Positions 1-12,058 of a stretch of 64,000 nucleotides of DNA are shown one piece after another. The stretch spans positions 109,331 to 173,330 of the forward strand of contig BCKQ01000009.1 in NCBI GenBank assembly GCA_001600695.1, in the 5' to 3' direction. Each line of letters opens with the position of its first letter. The stretch's first letter is position 1. The position numbers were made by a program, and so were the translations under genes. The notes under the pieces are model-generated. The model did no database searches. It saw nothing but the letters and a program-made list of their open reading frames with translations, and was not told where the DNA came from. Origin of the DNA: Ascoidea asiatica JCM 7603 (Eukaryota; Fungi; Ascomycota).

Positions 1-291
1 ATTAATTGTAGAAGTTTTAGATAAAGAAGATGTAATGGTTTTAAGCATCTCTTTAATAAAATCTATATTCGATGTTTGATTTAAAATAGTAGATCTTAAA
101 TCATCAAAATGCTTACTGTATTGAAGAGTATTTGAATCTTGATTTTTAAATCTTTCACTAACATCAGATCTTATTTTGTTGATTGATTCACTAACTGATG
201 TAATTAGTTTTTCCATTTTATTAAATGTAACTTCATTTAAGGCAATCTTGTCATTAAATTTTTTGAATAAAGATTTAATAGTTTCACTCAT
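1..291 (-). CDS. Partial hypothetical protein (N-terminal 97 aa, runs off the window), possibly coiled-coil
   Basis: ATG at 291 opens a stop-free frame to position 1: MSETIKSLFKKFNDKIALNEVTFNKMEKLITSVSESINKIRSDVSERFKNQ... Absent from the ORF track because it has no stop in the window. Confidence 0.65.
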   Translation of the reverse strand, partial: MSETIKSLFKKFNDKIALNEVTFNKMEKLITSVSESINKIRSDVSERFKNQDSNTLQYSKHFDDLRSTILNQTSNIDFIKEMLKTITSSLSKTSTIN

Positions 292-1725
292 GATTATATT
301 TTTTCAGTTGAACTAGTGTTGATTATTTTTAGTTATGGATATAAAAAAATTATTTTATGCTGGAAATTTTTTAGTTTTTTTTTTTTTTTTTTTTGGTTTT
401 TATGTTGCATTTGACAGCGTATTTAATTAAGAGAAAACAAATAAAAAGTAATATCAGTTGAAGTATTAGTGGCATAAATAACTTAAAATAGAAAGTATTA
501 TTAAAGAAAATATATTAGTAATTTATTGTCTTAACACTTCCATACAACATGACATTGGTTTTAATCTTTACCTTACAAAGAGTAGAAGACTAGGATTTCA
601 TATCATGAGATAACGCAATTCGGATTAAATCACTACTATTCAGTAATTAACCCTAAGCAGCAGAAATTTAAGAGCAGTGTTTTATAACCGCCACAAGTGT
701 CCTAAATAATATAGGAGGAAATTAGACGTCAGAGGATTAATCCATTTTTGAGGTCCCTCTCTTGATAGTATAATAATAAGAGACTTAAAGTTGTACTCAG
801 ACTTACCTTGAAAAATAGAAAACAATAAACAAAAACAATAATACTTATTTTTGATAAGGAATTGATATTCCAAATTTGTTAATAAATTTGATGGTAGTTA
901 GTTATAACGAAGTATCTAAATATTACTAAAAAGATATCTAATTCAAATTATAAACAATTGTTAATTAAAATCTAAAATTTATAAAAATTATATAAAAAAT
1001 ATGGGAGGTAAGTGCCCTATTTATATTGGTGGAAAGAGGAGCGGGTAGCCCATCTTAAGAATAAATTTGTAAATTTAGTATGTGAAAGTTCATTTCCCAT
1101 ACTTAAGAAAAGAAATAAAACAAAGTATTGTTCTAGAAGACACTACGTCATTCTAAGAACAAATACAAAGATTCCAGTACATTCGAGATACACACAGAAC
1201 TTCGAAGAAAGAATAAATAATGCTGACCCAGAACGTTCTAGTACATTTAACATGCACACGGAAGTTCTGAGAACGCAATAGAATGTAGTCGTAGCACAAT
1301 CTATGCAATATTAGAAAGTCTAAGAATTGCCTAGAATATTCGAAGACAATTCCAATAAAAGAAAAAAATGATTACCAATCAAGCTCCCTGTTCCGTCTGT
1401 CTTCCCGAACTTAACAGTGAATAAGTAAATAGATAATTATTAATAATCTCAAATAGCTACTAGAACAATAATACAGTAATTATATTTGACATTTTCTTGT
1501 TTTAGAATTTTAATATAATATATATTTTATATCATTATATTCAAATACAATGGATATGATAGTAGATAAATTAACTAGATAATTACCTAAATAATCAAAT
1601 ATATATATAAATCAACAATTAAATAAATAATTGATCAATTAATTCTCAATTAAATGGGTGTTTTTAATTTGTAATTTTATTATCCCTAAAAAGTTTTTAA
1701 AAAAAAAAAAATAGAAGAAGAAGTA

Positions 1726-4700
1726 ATGTCTTTAACGCCATTAACAAATAATCTGGATAATATTTATACTAAAGACAATAATAATAAAAATAATATTCCA
1801 AATAATGATAATAACGAAAATAATGAAGATGATTATAATGAGAATGAAGATAATATAGAAAATATAGATAATATAGAAAATTCCGAAAATAATGATAATA
1901 ATTATAACAATGATAATAATGATAATGATCAATTAAATTCATTTATACCTTCAAATACTCCAAATGATGATGATCAACAATTAACTAAAAGAAGAAGAGT
2001 TTCAAAAGCTTGCAATCATTGTCGTTTAAAAAAAATTAGATGTAATGGTCAAAATCCATGTACAAATTGTTCAAAATATAAAATATATTGTGATTATACA
2101 TATTCAGAAAAAAAAAAATCAACAACAAGATTTTCAAGTGTTAAAGCAATTCAAGCTTTAAATAATAGATTAGAATATGTTGAAGATTTATTACAATCTT
2201 TATTAAATGAAAGAGAAATTGAAAAAGAAATTATAAAAAATGAAAATGAATCAAAAATTAAATCAAAAATTGAATCAAAATTTCAAATTTCTTCAAATAA
2301 TGAAAATATTATAAATGAAATTTCAAAAAAAGGTGAAAAAAAAAAGTCTCCATCTCTTGAACTTTTAAAAAATAAAAATGATATAAATCAAAATCATTTA
2401 TCAACTTCTGAAAATTTACCTGTTAAACCTTACCTTTTTATAACTTCTCCAGATAATGAAAATGAAATTAATCCTCAAATTTCAAAAAAATTAATTAATA
2501 ATAATAACAATAACAATAACAACAATTCTAGTATATCCTCAGAACTAATTAAATCATCTCAAAATCAAAACTTAACACTTTCAAAATCAAAAATTATTTC
2601 TACAAATAAAGATGAAATTCCTTTAGATTCTGATGATTTAAGTAATAGAACAAATTTAGTATTTTTTGGTTCTCATACAACTTTTTCTGTTTTTTCTCCA
2701 AGAGGTTTAGATTGGATTCAAAAAAAATTATATTCAACTGATTTAAAAGAATATTTAAAATTATCAAATCCTTTAAAAAATTTAAATACTCATGTTCATC
2801 AAATTATTGCAACTCAATCTAAAATTTTGATGGATTCAATTCCAATAAATAATATATATCCAATACCAAATATTAATCTTGTTAAATTTTTATTAGAATG
2901 TGCTTTTAAATTTAGATATCCATTTTATATTTTTGAAAAATCAGAAATAATTTATATGTTTGAAAATTATTTTAAAAAAAATAATTCAAATAAAATTAGA
3001 TATGGTGATTTATTAGTAATGAATCAATTTTTAGTCTTAGGTTGTACAACTGCTGTTCAACTTTTTTCATTTAATGATAAATCTTTTTTATTTCATTTAT
3101 TTAAAAAACATAAAATTAATTTAACTAAAAATGATTTTAAACCAATGATTGAAAAATTTTTCATAAATTCAATTTTTTTTTATCAAAGAATTTCAATTAT
3201 TGGTGATGGTTTAAAAGCTATAAAAGGTATAATTTTATTAATTTTTTATTTAGAAACAACTTTATTTCCAAGAACAAATTATATGATTTTATCAACTGGT
3301 ATAAAATTAGCTCAAGATATTGGTTTACATAGAAAAGAATCTTTTTTTGGTTTAAAAATTAAAGAAATTATGTCAAGAAAAAAAGTTTGGTGTATATTAT
3401 ATTATCTTGATAGAGATTATAGTATAAGAGTTGGAAAACCACAATTAATTAATGAAAATGATATGACTTCTTTAGATAATTCCGATTTAAAAGGAATTTT
3501 ATATCAAACTTTAACTGCTAAACATGAATCACCAAATCCTGATCAAGATTTAAAAAATTTTGAAATTAATAGTAAAGATGGAAAAACTAAGCATAGAACA
3601 GGTATTGATTTATATAAATTAGCTAAAAAAGATCATGAAGCTTTTTCTCTTGTAATTAATTATTATTTTGTTACATTATCAAGAGTAAGTTCAAAAGCTT
3701 ATAATAAATTATTTTGTGCAAAAGCAATTTCAAATAATTCAATTACAGATATTTTAAATTGTATTCAATATTTAGATAAAGAATTAGAAATCTGGAGAAA
3801 TGATTTAATATATTCATTTGATTCAGATCCTGCACTAGGTACTGAAAAATTTAATACTAAAGATGATTACTTAATTAATTATGGTGATATTAATTCTAAA
3901 TATCAATTTAATGAAAAATATTTTGAACTTCTAGCATTAAAATTTTCATATTATTTTCATATTTTAGCTGTACATAGAATGGCTTTCAAAATTCCTTGGA
4001 ATGAACTAATGACAAGTAAAATTTTAAAAGATTCAAAAAATAATAATAGAGAACAAATTTTTGATTTACAAAAAAGATCAACTAATAAATGTTTAAATGC
4101 AGCAAGAAAAATTTTACAATTAAGTAATCAAGTTTTGTTTTATGAAACATCAATTATTCAATTTACTAATTGGTTACTATTTTATCCAGTTGTTGCATTT
4201 ATCACATTATTTAGTTGCTTTTTACAAATGCCAGATGTGATTAATGCTAAAGCAGATATTCTTTTATTATTAAACGTACATAAAAAATTCAAAAAATTAC
4301 TTTATAATAAAAGAGAAGATATATCAGATAAACATAGATTGATTGGAATTGTAAAAAGACAATTAATAAGAATTGTTTTGAATGTTTATGAAAAAAATAA
4401 TGGGCCAATCTCTGAAGAAAAGGACAAGAACTTCAAAGAAGAAGTAGAAGCATTTTATAAATCTGAAGAAGAAAACGAGCGTAATTCATTAACTGAGAAT
4501 ACTGAAATAATTAAAGAGAAATCTGATAAGAATTTAAAAAAAAATGATAATAAAAGTGATATTAAAGCTAATTATGAAATTAAAAATACAATTGATAATA
4601 AAGATTCGATTCCTAGAGAAAATAATAATAATTTGGATATGATAAACAGAGTTCCTTCGGTTTTTTTAAATAATACTTCCGGAAATAATGTTGAGAATAA

Positions 4701-5646
4701 TATCAATAAAAACTTCAATAGTATTAATAATTATAATAGTAATAATGGAAATTATTATGATAATTATAAGAAATATAATAATTATGGAAACTATAATAAT
4801 TATTTAAACGATCTAGGTTCAATGAAATATGTTAATATGGAAACTTTTTCCAATTTAAATGGGAATAATAATAAAAGAAATACATTATTTCCAGGAAATA
4901 ATTTACCTCCATTAAGTAATATAAGAGATACTTCAAGTATTATTGGAAATTTAAACAATAAGGGAAACATAAACAATTTTGTAAATGATCAAATGTTTAG
5001 AAATCAAAGAAATTCAGAAAATTTAGAAAATCAAGAAATTATGTTCAATTCATTACATTCTAGACCTAGTGGAGACTCTGGAAATAATAATTTTAGTTTC
5101 CAGAATAGGCTCATACCGAGAAATAGTATAAATAATATTATAAATAATAATATAAATGATAATTTGAATGGAAATTATAATGGAAGTAATAATAATATTG
5201 GTAATACTAGTTTCAACGGAAATAATATTAATATCAACGATAATAATAATAATAATAATAACTATAATAATAATGATGATAATAATAATAACTTATTTGA
5301 AGATATATATCAAGGACTCTCGGATATGGATCAAGGATTTTTTGAAACTTTAGATAATTCCAACGAACAAACAATTTATGAATCTATGTTTAATTTACCT
5401 GGATTTTATACACCAGAAGATTATATAAATAACAGTGAAGATATCAAGAAAAATATTAATACTTCTTCAGTTGAAAATAATCTTAATAATGGAAATACAA
5501 TTAATTTTACTGAAAATAATAATATAATAAATAATAATGAAAATAAAAACAATGAAAAAGAAAATAATAAGTTCAATGGAAATATTAATTTTGGAAATGG
5601 TGAAATTAATTGGAGCTTAGATGATAATTTACAATTTCATCAATAA
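1726..5646 (+). CDS. Zn(II)2Cys6 transcription factor, HAL9/TBS1/MRR1-like
   Basis: RRRVSKACNHCRLKKIRCNGQNPCTNC...C zinc cluster; fungal TF middle homology region (LAQDIGLHR, WCILYYLDRDYSIRVGKP); Asn-rich tails. Confidence 0.9.
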   Translation: MSLTPLTNNLDNIYTKDNNNKNNIPNNDNNENNEDDYNENEDNIENIDNIENSENNDNNYNNDNNDNDQLNSFIPSNTPNDDDQQLTKRRRVSKACNHCRLKKIRCNGQNPCTNCSKYKIYCDYTYSEKKKSTTRFSSVKAIQALNNRLEYVEDLLQSLLNEREIEKEIIKNENESKIKSKIESKFQISSNNENIINEISKKGEKKKSPSLELLKNKNDINQNHLSTSENLPVKPYLFITSPDNENEINPQISKKLINNNNNNNNNNSSISSELIKSSQNQNLTLSKSKIISTNKDEIPLDSDDLSNRTNLVFFGSHTTFSVFSPRGLDWIQKKLYSTDLKEYLKLSNPLKNLNTHVHQIIATQSKILMDSIPINNIYPIPNINLVKFLLECAFKFRYPFYIFEKSEIIYMFENYFKKNNSNKIRYGDLLVMNQFLVLGCTTAVQLFSFNDKSFLFHLFKKHKINLTKNDFKPMIEKFFINSIFFYQRISIIGDGLKAIKGIILLIFYLETTLFPRTNYMILSTGIKLAQDIGLHRKESFFGLKIKEIMSRKKVWCILYYLDRDYSIRVGKPQLINENDMTSLDNSDLKGILYQTLTAKHESPNPDQDLKNFEINSKDGKTKHRTGIDLYKLAKKDHEAFSLVINYYFVTLSRVSSKAYNKLFCAKAISNNSITDILNCIQYLDKELEIWRNDLIYSFDSDPALGTEKFNTKDDYLINYGDINSKYQFNEKYFELLALKFSYYFHILAVHRMAFKIPWNELMTSKILKDSKNNNREQIFDLQKRSTNKCLNAARKILQLSNQVLFYETSIIQFTNWLLFYPVVAFITLFSCFLQMPDVINAKADILLLLNVHKKFKKLLYNKREDISDKHRLIGIVKRQLIRIVLNVYEKNNGPISEEKDKNFKEEVEAFYKSEEENERNSLTENTEIIKEKSDKNLKKNDNKSDIKANYEIKNTIDNKDSIPRENNNNLDMINRVPSVFLNNTSGNNVENNINKNFNSINNYNSNNGNYYDNYKKYNNYGNYNNYLNDLGSMKYVNMETFSNLNGNNNKRNTLFPGNNLPPLSNIRDTSSIIGNLNNKGNINNFVNDQMFRNQRNSENLENQEIMFNSLHSRPSGDSGNNNFSFQNRLIPRNSINNIINNNINDNLNGNYNGSNNNIGNTSFNGNNININDNNNNNNNYNNNDDNNNNLFEDIYQGLSDMDQGFFETLDNSNEQTIYESMFNLPGFYTPEDYINNSEDIKKNINTSSVENNLNNGNTINFTENNNIINNNENKNNEKENNKFNGNINFGNGEINWSLDDNLQFHQ

Positions 5647-5658
5647 TTTTAGAATGCA

Positions 5659-5678
5659 TTTTTCCATATATGGAAAAA
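5659..5678. promoter_or_regulatory. Perfect palindromic CArG box (candidate Mcm1 site)
   Basis: TTTTTCCATATATGGAAAAA is a 20-bp palindrome containing CC(A/T)6GG with TTT/AAA flanks. Confidence 0.45.
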
Positions 5679-6199
5679 GGATATGTACACTACCACCGTA
5701 GTGGGTGCTTCTTAAAATTGACTATTATTGCATATATTAGCATTAAGTGGCCGATTTTAGGAATTCTTTGATACTAAAAAGTTTTCTATTTCCGAAATTA
5801 TGTGCTACAGATATTTGTAATTGGATAAAGGATATTTTTTTCAGAAATGAAAATAGTAATATCTGTTACTTTTGAAATTGTATAGATTCAGGAAAATAAA
5901 TTGTTCTCAGGTTATATAGCAGTATATAAAAGAAAATTAAATCTATTCGAGCGCCTAATAACTATGATCGTTTAAATTTTGAGAAAAAGTTATTGGTGAT
6001 TTGTTAAAGTGGAAAATGAACCTCATAAGAAAGTGTTGAAAAAGTTGAAATATCCTTTTTTTTTTGCATATGCAAATATTAAAGTGGTTGAGCATTTTGT
6101 GGATCGCCAATAAAAACCAATGAAAACAAATAAGCATAAATCTTTAGTTTGATAATAAAATAACGGTTATTTTAATTTACACATACTCACTTGTTGAAA

Positions 6200-6580
6200 G
6201 AAGACCCTCGAAAACTTGGAAGGAAGAGTCCGGGCCGGAGTTGGTGTAATTTCCCGAAGGCCCAGCGTGGCCTATTATCTAACTAGCCACATCTTGTCGT
6301 ACATTCGCTCCTGATAAAGTAAATAATGTAAAAGGCTGACTTGAAGGAAAAATAAACAGGATATTAGAGGAACGGTGTTCCTCCTTTTCCTGATTTCAAA
6401 GGTCCGAGGGTGGTTGATGGCCCTATTTGAGCGTGTATCTTCCGGAAAGGTAGCAAAAATGGTATCAGGACAGCCCGGAGAGTCCGAGGGGGAGCCCCTG
6501 GTCCTGGTTCTGGACAGGACCTGGCTAAGCACCAGCGAGTTAATAATGCAAAAAGCCCTAGGCTCTGTCGACAACGGTTA
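6200..6580. promoter_or_regulatory. GC-rich upstream regulatory island of the second Zn-cluster gene
   Basis: Sharp GC rise with many CGG/CCG triplets; GTCCGAGGG at 6402-6410 and 6482-6490. Confidence 0.55.
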
Positions 6581-7189
6581 GGAAAAAAACAAGGAACAAG
6601 CAAAAAGTGAACAAGCGCTGAGCAAGAACTACATCTTTTTGGTGGGTTTGTATCTAGACATGGACCTTTCACTCATATTTATTCTCACTTTTACAAAAAA
6701 AAATCTAACGCTGATTATTGTTTATATCCAGTTTGATCTCATATTTATTTCATTATTACAAATACAATTAAAGCTTTATTTATATATATATATATATATA
6801 TTTCAATCATATATCAATAATATTTCAAATATATACCAATTCCATATTAAATATACTATCAATATCAAATATTTATTCAAAAGATTGGGAATCTTGATAT
6901 CCTAAACATAGTTTAAATTCGCATCTGCCAATTTCAAGATTACTTCTATTTTACGTAGCTTTTTACAAACTTATTAAATAATCTTTCTTATTCTCATATA
7001 GGGTCATATATTCTTTTAAATAATATAGTATAATTGATTAAACTTCAATTGCCACTATTTTAATATCAACTTCCATTTTCTATATAAATTTTTAAATAAA
7101 TCTAGCTTTTATGCTTCTTATAACAGTATTTGTTCAAATAAAGGGCATAACTGATTACTGATTACTCACCATTCATTCATTTTTTTATA

Positions 7190-10100
7190 ATGAATCATAA
7201 TTCATTAAATAATCAATTTAATAATAATCAATTAAATAATGAACAGAATGGTTTAAAGATCTCAAAGAATTTAATAAATTCAAATAATTCAAATTCAAAT
7301 AAAACTTTAAATAATAACCAATTAACAACATTAACTCAATCAAAACCACAAAAGAGACGTCGAATAGCAAAAGCTTGTGATTATTGTAGAAAAAAAAAAG
7401 TTAAATGTGATGGTGGTAGTCCATGTAAAAGTTGTCAAGATGCTACTCAAACTTGTTCTTATACTCATATTCAAAAAAAAAGAGCTCCTTCCTCAAGACC
7501 TTCAAATGCTAAAACAATTAAAGATCTAGAAGGTAGATTAGGTAAAATGGAAGAACTAATGGAACTATTAGTTAGTAAAATTGATTCAAATATAAATAAT
7601 AATATTTCAAATCATAATAACTATAATAATAATAACAGACATAACAAAAATAGGCACACAAGAAATAGTAATAATAATAATAATAATAATAATAGTAGTA
7701 ATAATCTAAAATCTTTAAAAAGTAATAAAATTTTGAAAAATTCAAGTTCTAATTTATCTTTATCTAAAATGAGAAATATTTCTAATTCTAATTTTGATGA
7801 AAATGGATCTCCTTATAATGATAATGATAATGATTTTGAAGACGAAAATGAAAATGAAAATGAAAGTAGCAATAATAATAATAATGAAAGTTTTGATGAA
7901 AATGACGATGATCAGGAAGAAGGAGAAGATGAAGAAGAAGGAGATGATGATGATGAAGATGATGATGACGATGATGTAAATAATAACAATGATGAAGACA
8001 ATGAAGATAATTTAGAGGACCAAGAAGATAATGTATTGGATAATGATAATAATATGAATCCTTCTCTATCTGATATTGAGAGTGATCAAATGGAAATTCA
8101 AAGTAAAAATAAGGATATAAATAGAAATAAAAAATTAACCAAAAATGAAATTGAAAATAAAAATAAAAACAATAATAATACTAAAATTAAAAAAAAAATT
8201 AAAATTAAGAATAAAAATAAAAATAAAATTGAAGAAGAAGGAGATTTAGAAAATAATGAAAATCAAATGGATATCGAAACTGATAGTGAATATGATAAAA
8301 GTTCAGATTTAATCAAACTTCAATATAATCCTTCTATAACTACTTTACCTAAAAATATAGTTTCATCAAATAATAACAATAATAATAATCTATCAAAGAA
8401 AGATGATTTACCTAATAAACCATATTTATTATTATCTCATTCTGAACATTTAGCTGAAAAACCTGATTTTTATATAGGACCAAGTTCTTCTTTTTCAATT
8501 TTTAGTCCAAGAGGTATACAATGGATTAGATCAAAATTATCTTTCGAAGATGCTGAAGAATTATTAACTCCATTAACTACTTTACATTATGGTATACACG
8601 AACTTATAACTTTAGAATCAAGAAAATGGGTTGAACCAATGAGTAAATCAAGTTTATGTCCATTACCTGAAAAGAAAACTTCATATGATTTATTAGGCTT
8701 ATTATTTGAAGCTCATTTTCCTTTTTATATTATTAGTAAAGAAGAAGTTTATGAAATTATGGACTTATATTATTTAAATCTTGAAAATAAACAAATTTCT
8801 CATGATCAAAGATTACAAAATCAGCATCAACAACATCCTAAAAGAAGATTGGCTTATTCTGATTTTTTAATATTAAATATTCTCATAGCTCTTTCATGTT
8901 CCGTAGGTTTAGATGCTAGATCTTTACAAAAATCTAAACAACTAGATTTTGAAATACTACCAAATTTAAGTGATGAGAAATTAAAAGAAATTGAAGAAAA
9001 ACATTTATCAAATGCAATTTATTATTTTCATAGAGTATCTGTCTTAGGTGATGGATTAAAATCTGTTCAAGCTATACTTTTTTTAATATTATATAATGAA
9101 TCATCTTTATTAGCAAAAGTAAATTATATGCTTGTATCAAGTGCGTTAAGACTAGCACAAGATATTGGCTTGCATAGAAGAGAAACCTTCTATGGCTTAA
9201 GTGACGCAGAAGTCACAAAAAGAAGAGCTGTTTGGTTTGTCTGTTATTTTATTGATAGAAATATGTGTTTACGTTCAGGAAAGCCCCCTATAGTAAATGA
9301 AATTGATGTGACAACAATAAATGATGAAGATTTAATCAGTTCAATTGCAAAAACATTCAATGAAGATATAAAAACTCCTAAAGAACCTATTGTTTACCTT
9401 GAAATGCTTTGTAATACCAATATGAAAAATTTTGGAATTTGTTTCTCTTATTGTATGACAACTTTATCAAGAATTACTTCTAAAGTTTATAATAATTTAT
9501 TTTGTGCAACCGCATTAGTGGGGAAATCTTTAATTTATGTCATGAATGTTATTCGTCAGCTTTCAATGGAGTTAGATACTTGGAAAGAATCTATACCTTT
9601 TGATATTAGACCTGGAAATGAAATTTCTATAAAATTTCCAGAAAATAAAAATTCTGGTAATCAATCTTTATTACATCAAATGGCTGTTGATGAAGCAAAA
9701 TGTCAATTACTTTTATTACATTTTAGTTTTTATTTTAATGTTATGGTTGTTAATAGAATGGCATTCAAAGTTCCATGGGATGCAATGATGAGTAAAAAAG
9801 AACTCAAAGGAGACAGATTTAAGATAAATTCAACAAATTCATATTTAAGATGTTTAGATTCAGCAAGACAAATTCTTCGACTTACTAAATATCTTGAATT
9901 TCAAATGTCACATCTTATAAATATTTGTTTATTTTTTCCTGTTAGTGCATTTGTTACATTATTTAGTTGTACAATTCAATTTCCCACCACAAAGCATGCT
10001 TCAGATGATATAGAACTTATGATCAAATATTACGAGAAATTTTTTGTTCCTTATGGAAAAATGCAAGGTGTTAAAGCTGGACATTTATTTGTTGATAATG

Positions 10101-10395
10101 CAATGAAACAATTGATAATAATAGCGATTAAAATTCATGAAAATTCTAATAAAGATAAAGCTATTCAGATAACTGAAAAAATGAAAGAGTTTTTAAAGGC
10201 TTTTTATGATTCAAATAGTGGAAGTATTTTAATGGCAAAAGTAAATGTAATTAAAAATGAAAATCAATCTAATTTATCAAAACAGATTGGTTTTGAGAAC
10301 TCTAATATATCGAATAATACTCAACCTATGAGTAATGGTCAACAAGCAATGAATAATTCTAACTTCAATAATAGTACTACTACTACTACTAATAC

Positions 10396-10427
<32 letters not shown>

Positions 10428-11323
10428 GTAATAGTATTTTAAATAATCCTCTAATAACGGGAGAAGGTAATTCACAAGATTTTAGTTCTCTTTTCAATTC
10501 TTTTTATTTTGATACAACAGCATCAGGAGTTTTTCCACCAACGCCGATGGGGTTACCTGGATATCAACCAACAAATTGGAATAATCAAAATAATATAAAT
10601 ACTATTCCAAGTTCAATGTCAATTACAAATTCAATGTCAAATATTTCAACAGTTAGAAGTAAAAATGATCTTACAGATGGTGGACGAGTAGGATCTGCTA
10701 TTGATTTGAATAATAATTCATTAGATGCTTCGACATTGAATAAGTCTGTTCCAGATGGTTTGTTTGCTCAACCTTTTAATGGACTTAATAATAATAATAA
10801 CAATAATAATAATAATAATAATGTTTCTCCAACTATAAATTCACCGTTTGGTATTCAAAGTAATCCAAATAATTTAAATAATCAAAATGGACAAATCCCG
10901 AATCAAATCACTAATCAAATTAATAGTCAAATTCCTAATCAAATTCCTAATCAAATTTCCAACCAAATAAATAATCAAATGTCTAATCAAATAAATAATC
11001 ATATAAATAATCAAATAAATACTCAAATGCCAAATCAAATAAATAATCAAATGCCAAATCAAATACTTAGTCAACCAAATATTAATGGTGGACAAAATCC
11101 CTTTAGATATGGAAATGAAATGTTAAATAATCTTAATCCAAATGGATCATTAAATGATGGATATTTATTAGGAAATATGGAATATCAAGATGGATCAGTT
11201 TTATATGAATCTATGTTTAATTTACCTAATTTTTTATCAGAAGGAATGCTAAACTTTTCTAATAATGATCCATTGTATAATAATTTAAAATTTGGAAATA
11301 ATTTTAACCAAGATCAAAGCTGA
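7190..11323 (+). CDS. Zn(II)2Cys6 transcription factor, HAL9/TBS1/MRR1-like, paralog of the upstream gene
   Basis: RRRIAKACDYCRKKKVKCDGGSPCKSC...C; SSALRLAQDIGLHR; WFVCYFIDRNMCLRSGKP; acidic and N/Q-rich regions. Confidence 0.9.
10890..11065 (+). repeat. Coding tandem repeat (NQIP/NQIN/NQMP)n, 12-nt unit
   Basis: Repeated aatcaaat.. units encoding QIPNQITNQINSQIPNQIPNQISNQINNQMSNQ... Confidence 0.8.
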
Positions 11324-11680
11324 AAATAATTTTACGAATATAAAATTGAATATATCTAATTTAATATTTCAAATTTTTTGATTTCTTGTAAAAATATTTT
11401 TATCAATAGAGTTAATATTTACTCGAAAGTAAGCTTATACTTAACTATAATAATATAATAATAATATAATAATAATATAATAATAATACAATATTAATAA
11501 TATAGTAATTTAAGTGTTTTAATGAATAATTTATAATTTTTTTTTTACTTCTTTGCTTTTTTTTTAGTGTGTTGTATAATTTTTTATTTTTTTTTTTTGA
11601 ATTTTGGAGTAATTTATGTTTAACTTTTTATTAAAATAAAAATATGATTTAATACTAAAGTATATTGTAGTGCAGTATTA

Positions 11681-12058
11681 TTATTTATTAATTGAATCTG
11701 TGAAATCATTAACAGTTTTATTTACTTTATTAAAAACTTTTTTAACATCTTGATTTGTATAACCTTTGATTCTGAAAAAACCTGAATGTTTTAATAAAGA
11801 AACTGTATAATCATAAGAAAGTTCACCAAAACTTAAATATTTTGAAAGATATCTACGAACATCTAAAGAATGAAATTCATTTGTATCAATTGTTAAACCA
11901 GTATCTCTTCTTATACCAGCAAGAAGCATAGATAATAATAAAAGATCTATAGAATAATGAACAATTTTTCCTAACTTAACTAAGAAAAATAATGGTTAGA
12001 ATCTGATTTCATTGATATAAATGAATTAATAAACCTTTATAGTTTCACATACCCCCAT
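11681..12058 (-). CDS. ATG44: Mitofissin Atg44/Mdi1 (DUF1748) homolog, spliced: exon1 12058-12053, intron 12052-11975, exon2 11974-11681; 99 aa
   Basis: ATG GGG|GTATGT donor, TTCTAAC branch near 11995-12001, in-frame AAG acceptor. Product MGLGKIVHYSIDLLLLSMLLAGIRRDTGLT...YLSKYLSFGELSYDYTV...FF matches my recollection of S. cerevisiae YIL156W-B (GKLVH-SIDL-L-S--LAGI-R-TGL, YL--GE--YDY). Confidence 0.85.
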
